A stretch of DNA of 64,000 nucleotides from an uncultured Nitrospiraceae bacterium. GTDB taxonomy: Bacteria > Nitrospirota > Nitrospiria > Nitrospirales > Nitrospiraceae. Location of the stretch: the NCBI GenBank assembly GCA_963846575.1, contig CAWJWJ010000001.1, forward strand, positions 576,001 through 640,000, given 5' to 3'. Positions within the stretch are counted from its first letter, which is position 1, and every line of letters starts with the position of its first letter. The translations under genes and the position numbers were made by a program. Shown here one piece after another: positions 59,479 to 64,000 of the stretch. The notes under the pieces are model-generated. The model did not search any database, was not told where the DNA came from, and saw nothing but the letters and a program-made list of their open reading frames with translations.

Positions 59479-60375
59479 ATGACAGCACCGCTCACATTCC
59501 ACAGGATCGACCGGCAGGTTCGCGTGACCTGGTTCGCGCTTGGGCTCTGGGTCTTCGCTCCCTTGGCCGCCTGCACTCAACCTCCGCAGGAAGAACCGGT
59601 CATCGCCATGGTCAACGGGCGATCCATCACGCAATCTGAATTTGATATGCGCTGGGAGGAACTCTCGCAGGCCACCCGCACCAGATATGAAAAAGAAGGC
59701 GGAAAGCGCCGCTTTCTTGATGAATTGATCATGCGCGAATTGCTCATGCAGGAGGCGCGCAAGCAGGGATTGGATCAGAACGATGACATCCGTGAAAAGA
59801 CCTTACGCTATCGTGAGCAACTGATCCTGGATGAACTCCTCAAAGATCGGCTCAAGACCAAAGTCGAAATCTCCAAAGACGAGCTGGATGCCTACCTCGG
59901 GAAACATGCCAACCAGCTGTTGGCGAATCCCAAGGTGCAGGTATCGGTGATGTTGTTGCCGAACATTTATGCGGCGAAGGACCTCAAGCGGCAGGTGGAG
60001 GCCGGCGGCAACTTTTCGCGCTTTGCCCTTCGCTATTCCATCGATGAACGGAGCCGCGCCAAAGGCGGCGACCTGGGTCCCTATCGCAAAGGCCTTCTGG
60101 AACCGGAACTCGAAGCATTGATTCCCTCCCTCCATGCGGGAGCGGTCAGCGATCCGGTGAAGACCGACAAGGGCTATTACCTGATGAAGGTGAGTCCGCT
60201 GGATCCGGAAATCCTCCAAAAGGATCAAGCCATCCGCGAACGGCTCCGGCAGGAACTTCTGGCCGAAAAGCACAGGAAGCGGCTGGAGGATATTTACACT
60301 GACCTCCGCTCCGGCGCGACGATCCGTCTGGCCGACGCCGCGCGTTATGTGACCGATGAACCCGCTCGTCCCTAG
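59479..60375 (+). CDS. PpiC-type peptidyl-prolyl isomerase lipoprotein (PrsA-like)
   Basis: Lipobox LAAC, VNGRSIT, YSID…GGDLG, PVKTDKGYY. Confidence 0.85.
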   Translation: MTAPLTFHRIDRQVRVTWFALGLWVFAPLAACTQPPQEEPVIAMVNGRSITQSEFDMRWEELSQATRTRYEKEGGKRRFLDELIMRELLMQEARKQGLDQNDDIREKTLRYREQLILDELLKDRLKTKVEISKDELDAYLGKHANQLLANPKVQVSVMLLPNIYAAKDLKRQVEAGGNFSRFALRYSIDERSRAKGGDLGPYRKGLLEPELEALIPSLHAGAVSDPVKTDKGYYLMKVSPLDPEILQKDQAIRERLRQELLAEKHRKRLEDIYTDLRSGATIRLADAARYVTDEPARP

Positions 60376-60485
60376 TCATCATCCCATTCGACTCCTGCGT
60401 ACCTGCGTTCTGCGCCCTTCCGTACATGGCATGATGAACGCGCTCCCCTTCTGACCTGTCGATTGTGTACAATTCCCTCATTGCC

Positions 60486-61520
60486 ATGAAGGATCGAACC
60501 ATCTTCCTCACCATGTGCCAACACCTCGTACGGTTCATCCCTCGCGAAAGCCCATGGCCGCCGCGTTCGTGGAGGAGCGACTTTCCCGCTCTCCAGGCTC
60601 TGGGCTGCCTGTTGCTGGCGCTCTCCATCCTCCCGCTTGGTCTCGATTCTGCGCAGGCCGCAAGGCTGGAGGATCGCATCATCGCGGTGGTTAATAAAGA
60701 TCTCATCATGCTCTCGGAACTGAAACGAGACCTCCTTCCCGAGCAGGACCGCCTTCGCAAATTGTACAAGGGAGAAGAGTTGGAGCGCCGCCTCCAGACT
60801 GCGGAGGCCATGGCCGTGACGAAGATGATCGAGCGCAAACTGCAACTTCAAGCCGCGCAAAACAAAGGGCTCGAGGTATCGGATCAGGAAGTGGTCCAGG
60901 CGGTAGAGGAAATGAAGAAACAGGGAGAGCGGCTCGACAGTGGTGACCCCAATACGGCCCGGAACGTCCGGGAGCAACTGACCTTGATGCGTGTGGTCGA
61001 TCGGGAAGTCCGGGGTGTGATTATGGTGGGCGAGTCGGATATGAAACGCTACTACGAGGAGCACGAGGACCGCTTCGCCTATCCGGAGGAATATCAGTTA
61101 AGCCAGATCCTGATCAAGCCGAGCAGTCCCGAGGAAACGTCGATCGCCCGCGGTCGGGCCGAAGCCCTTGTCGCCACTCTCAAACAGGGGGATTCGTTCG
61201 AAGAGCTGGCGCTCCGGTTTTCGGACGGTCCCGGCGCATCGCGTGGCGGCCGGCTGGGATTGGTGCGACAGGGCGAACTGATTCCCGCATTGGAGCAGGC
61301 GCTGACGTCGCTGGAGGTGGGGCAGACCACGGGGATCGTCGAGACGGCGGAAGGATTACACATCGTGCGCGTTGACGATAAGAAACCCCGTCAATTTCGA
61401 CCCTTCGAACAGGTGAAGACGGAAATTCAGTCGCTGGTGTTTCAGCAGAAAACCGAGGATCAATATAAACGCTGGATGGCCGACCTGAAGGACAAGGCGT
61501 ACATCGACATTAAGTTTTGA
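60486..61520 (+). CDS. SurA-like chaperone/PPIase
   Basis: DRIIAVVNKDLI, SQILI, FEELA..FS…GGRLG, ET.EG.HI, LKDKAYI. Start uncertain. Confidence 0.87.
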   Translation: MKDRTIFLTMCQHLVRFIPRESPWPPRSWRSDFPALQALGCLLLALSILPLGLDSAQAARLEDRIIAVVNKDLIMLSELKRDLLPEQDRLRKLYKGEELERRLQTAEAMAVTKMIERKLQLQAAQNKGLEVSDQEVVQAVEEMKKQGERLDSGDPNTARNVREQLTLMRVVDREVRGVIMVGESDMKRYYEEHEDRFAYPEEYQLSQILIKPSSPEETSIARGRAEALVATLKQGDSFEELALRFSDGPGASRGGRLGLVRQGELIPALEQALTSLEVGQTTGIVETAEGLHIVRVDDKKPRQFRPFEQVKTEIQSLVFQQKTEDQYKRWMADLKDKAYIDIKF

Positions 61521-62112
61521 ACTGCGTACGGATCTCCCCCCACAGCGCGTCGCGTCCCTCATGCGTTTCCGCCGAATACAAAATGACCGGCACCTCGGGG
61601 CCCAATCCACAAGCCGTCCGCACGGCCGTAAGGCTGGGGGCCCGTTCGCTCTGCCGTAGCTTGTCCGCTTTGGTCAGCACGATGATGAGGCCGCACCCGA
61701 GGGATTGAACCCATCGCACCGTCAGCACGTCCTGCGGCATCCACACGCGCGCTTCAATCAACAGAATGACCGCCCCAAGCGTCTGCCGCTGCTCGAGATA
61801 CTGTTCGATCATCGGTCCCCATTGGGCTCGCACAGTCTTCGAAACTTTGGCATATCCATAACCGGGAAGGTCGACCAGCGACAGAAGGGAGAGGTTCGGA
61901 TCGGACGTCCGAACCGTGAAAAAATTCACCGCGCGCGTTTTCCCGGGGGTCTTACTGACCTTGGCCAGTTTCTTCCTATGGAGCAACGAATTGATCAGTG
62001 ATGACTTCCCGACGTTCGATCGCCCTACGAACGCAATCTCCGGCAATCGGTCGGCAGGAAATTGTTCTGGAGAGACGGAACTTTTGATAAACTCGGCGCT
62101 GAGCAATTTCAT
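61510..62112 (-). CDS. engB: GTP-binding protein EngB (YihA/YsxC)
   Basis: GRSNVGKSS, SKTPGKT, DLPGYGYA, TKADK. Confidence 0.96.
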   Translation of the reverse strand: MKLLSAEFIKSSVSPEQFPADRLPEIAFVGRSNVGKSSLINSLLHRKKLAKVSKTPGKTRAVNFFTVRTSDPNLSLLSLVDLPGYGYAKVSKTVRAQWGPMIEQYLEQRQTLGAVILLIEARVWMPQDVLTVRWVQSLGCGLIIVLTKADKLRQSERAPSLTAVRTACGLGPEVPVILYSAETHEGRDALWGEIRTQFKT

Positions 62113-62212
62113 GGCGGCGAATGGCGAACCGTTCTGCGGGATGCACCTTCACCCCCGGTGAGAACAATCGAACCGGGGGGCACCTCGTGCACTCATAGAT
62201 AGAGTGTTGTGA

Positions 62213-62998
62213 ATGAGCAAGTCAACTGGCAGTCTATTTGGGCGGACTCTGTTTTGGTTGACCCTGTTGATCGGTCTCCCCGCCGCTGCGTTAGGGCTGT
62301 ACTGGTTGACGACCCTGCCGGACGTGTCCACCCTTGCCAAACGCCCCCCAACCGACACGGCACTCATGGAGGCACGACGGGCGCAAGCGAAGGAACAGGG
62401 TCGTCCGCAGCGCCAGCTCTTCATCTGGGTTCCCCTCAGCCGCATTGCACCGGCGCTTCAGCGGGCCGTCGTGGCGACTGAGGATGCGTCCTTCTTCGCC
62501 CATGAGGGCTTCGATTGGGAGGGCATCAAGGATGCGGCGCTGTACAACCTGGAGGTGGGTGAGTTCAAGCGCGGAGGGAGCACCATCACTCAGCAATTGG
62601 CAAAGAACCTGTACCTGTCTTCTGAACGCTCGCTCTTTCGGAAAGCCCGTGAGGCGCTGATCACCCGTTCCCTGGAAAATCACTTGGCCAAGGAGCGGAT
62701 TTTGGAGTTATACCTCAATGTCGCTGAGTGGGGGCACGGCGTGTTCGGGGCGGAAGCGGCGGCACGGCACCATTTCGGTAAATCGGCGAAAGAGTTGACG
62801 CTCGAAGAAGCGGCCCTGCTGGCTGCGATCCTCCCCTCTCCGCGCCGCTATGACCCCATCCGGCACACCGCCTATTTGAATCGACGGCAGCACCACATTA
62901 TCCGGCGGCTCGAACGAGGAAGCGGCCGTCGTCCGGCCCCGCTCTCCCGCACATCCAGTCCGTCCCGCAACGGAACGTCTTTCTCTCACGAAGAGTGA
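62213..62998 (+). CDS. mtgA: Monofunctional biosynthetic peptidoglycan transglycosylase
   Basis: EDASFFAHEGFD, GGSTITQQLAKNL, RKARE, KERILELYLN. Confidence 0.93.
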   Translation: MSKSTGSLFGRTLFWLTLLIGLPAAALGLYWLTTLPDVSTLAKRPPTDTALMEARRAQAKEQGRPQRQLFIWVPLSRIAPALQRAVVATEDASFFAHEGFDWEGIKDAALYNLEVGEFKRGGSTITQQLAKNLYLSSERSLFRKAREALITRSLENHLAKERILELYLNVAEWGHGVFGAEAAARHHFGKSAKELTLEEAALLAAILPSPRRYDPIRHTAYLNRRQHHIIRRLERGSGRRPAPLSRTSSPSRNGTSFSHEE

Positions 62999-63042
62999 GA
63001 TCAGCTTTTGCGTGAGGCGGACGGTGATCCGTACGGCCAGGT

Positions 63043-63471
63043 CTACTCGGCATCCCCGACCGCCGTAAATGCTCGTTCTCCGAAAATCGCCGACTCGTGC
63101 AGGTAATATTTGAACTCGAGGAGATTCCCGGAAGGATCTTCAAGGAAAAACGTGAAGTGTTCAATACGCGTGTCGGCAAATCGCCGCCGCGGCTGCTGAT
63201 AGAACCGGAGCTCGTGGACCTTGGCTCGATCGGCCATGGCCTGCCATTCTTCTTTCAGGGTCAGGACCAGACCAAAATGGCGGGGATAGATACCCTTCTG
63301 CGGAACTATCGTGTCACCGGCAAGATGGGCGATCAACTGGTGTCCGGCCAATCCGAAGGTGACGGCCGTCGGCGACTCCCGCCCCAGCACGCACCCTAGG
63401 CCGTCCACATAAAAACGCTTGGCGGCTTCAAGATCATGAACGGGGAAGGCGAGATGAAATAACGCCGGCAT
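63043..63471 (-). CDS. VOC family (glyoxalase/extradiol dioxygenase-like) protein
   Basis: FHLAFPVHDL, GHQLIAH, PRHFG, DPSGNLLEFK. Confidence 0.9.
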   Translation of the reverse strand: MPALFHLAFPVHDLEAAKRFYVDGLGCVLGRESPTAVTFGLAGHQLIAHLAGDTIVPQKGIYPRHFGLVLTLKEEWQAMADRAKVHELRFYQQPRRRFADTRIEHFTFFLEDPSGNLLEFKYYLHESAIFGERAFTAVGDAE

Positions 63472-63509
63472 AGTGACTCCTCGGGTCACTCTATCAAGCC
63501 GCCCTGAGC

Positions 63510-64000
63510 CTATGCAAACCGGCCCTTCACGCGTGGCCGTCCGTCGCTGCCGATGAAGCCCGCCACCATATGCGGGGTGCTATGCCGGATCGCGAATCGA
63601 CCGTCCGGAGCCAATGCTAATACGCCTGCGGCCCCGCGAATACGATTCGAGACCTTTCGCAGGACGCGATTGGCGGACAGGACGGGACTGACGCCGCTCG
63701 CCAGGAGATCACTGATTTCCTTGGCCACCGCCACCCGAATAATGCTCTCACCGAGTCCTGTCATAGAGACGGCTCCGGATTCATTGTCAGCATAGACCCC
63801 GCAACCGATCAGCGGCGTATCACCGACTCGGCCCGGCAACATGACATCCACTCCACCAGTCGAAGCCCCCGCGGCCACAGTGCCTGTGAGATCCAACGCC
63901 ACCGCACCTACCGTCTCTTTTCCTAAACTTCGTGCGCGGATGCTCCCCTGTCGCAACAGAGCACGATGCAACCGGAGCGTCCGGCGAAGGTCTTCGTGAG
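63510..64000 (-). CDS. Isoaspartyl peptidase/L-asparaginase (Ntn hydrolase), 5' end outside window
   Basis: E/TVGAVALD nucleophile site, STGG, GRVGDTP..G.G.YA, TG.GE. The frame is open to the window edge. Confidence 0.9.
   Translation of the reverse strand, partial: HEDLRRTLRLHRALLRQGSIRARSLGKETVGAVALDLTGTVAAGASTGGVDVMLPGRVGDTPLIGCGVYADNESGAVSMTGLGESIIRVAVAKEISDLLASGVSPVLSANRVLRKVSNRIRGAAGVLALAPDGRFAIRHSTPHMVAGFIGSDGRPRVKGRFA

Noticed and set aside
1..64000. CRISPR array or cas operon suggested by the CARF gene
   Set aside because: No regularly spaced direct repeats or cas genes were seen by eye anywhere in the window.

Overview
GC-rich bacterial chromosome segment. Gene content and a characteristic intergenic repeat point to Nitrospira (inference, not a database result). 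Most of it is housekeeping: der, engB, pyk, hemL, mfd, gmhA, rfaE2-like, cydAB, nirK, mtgA, SurA/PrsA-type PPIases, an M16 protease pair, kdpDE and an ECF sigma/anti-sigma pair. A looser accessory stretch lies at about 33-45.5 kb. I found no rRNA, tRNA, CRISPR array, integrase or transposase. The most interesting observations are: (1) a SPRTN-like SprT metalloprotease with a C-terminal beta-clamp-type motif (QLILPF), directly upstream of a DinB whose own clamp motif looks degenerate, a candidate bacterial DNA-protein-crosslink proteolysis plus translesion synthesis module; (2) a histidine-phosphatase/PfkA fusion with altered sugar-phosphate-binding residues, divergent from pyk; (3) an orphan CARF-HEPN (TIGR02710-like) protein with degenerate motifs, followed by ybgC and a 37-aa membrane peptide missing from the ORF track; (4) two tandem ~75-aa CxWC...HGxCxxH paralogs, each with its own sigma54-type promoter; (5) a kdpE with no canonical start codon, in frame with the kdpD TGA; (6) a perfect palindrome upstream of nirK. 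All family assignments are by motif recognition only.
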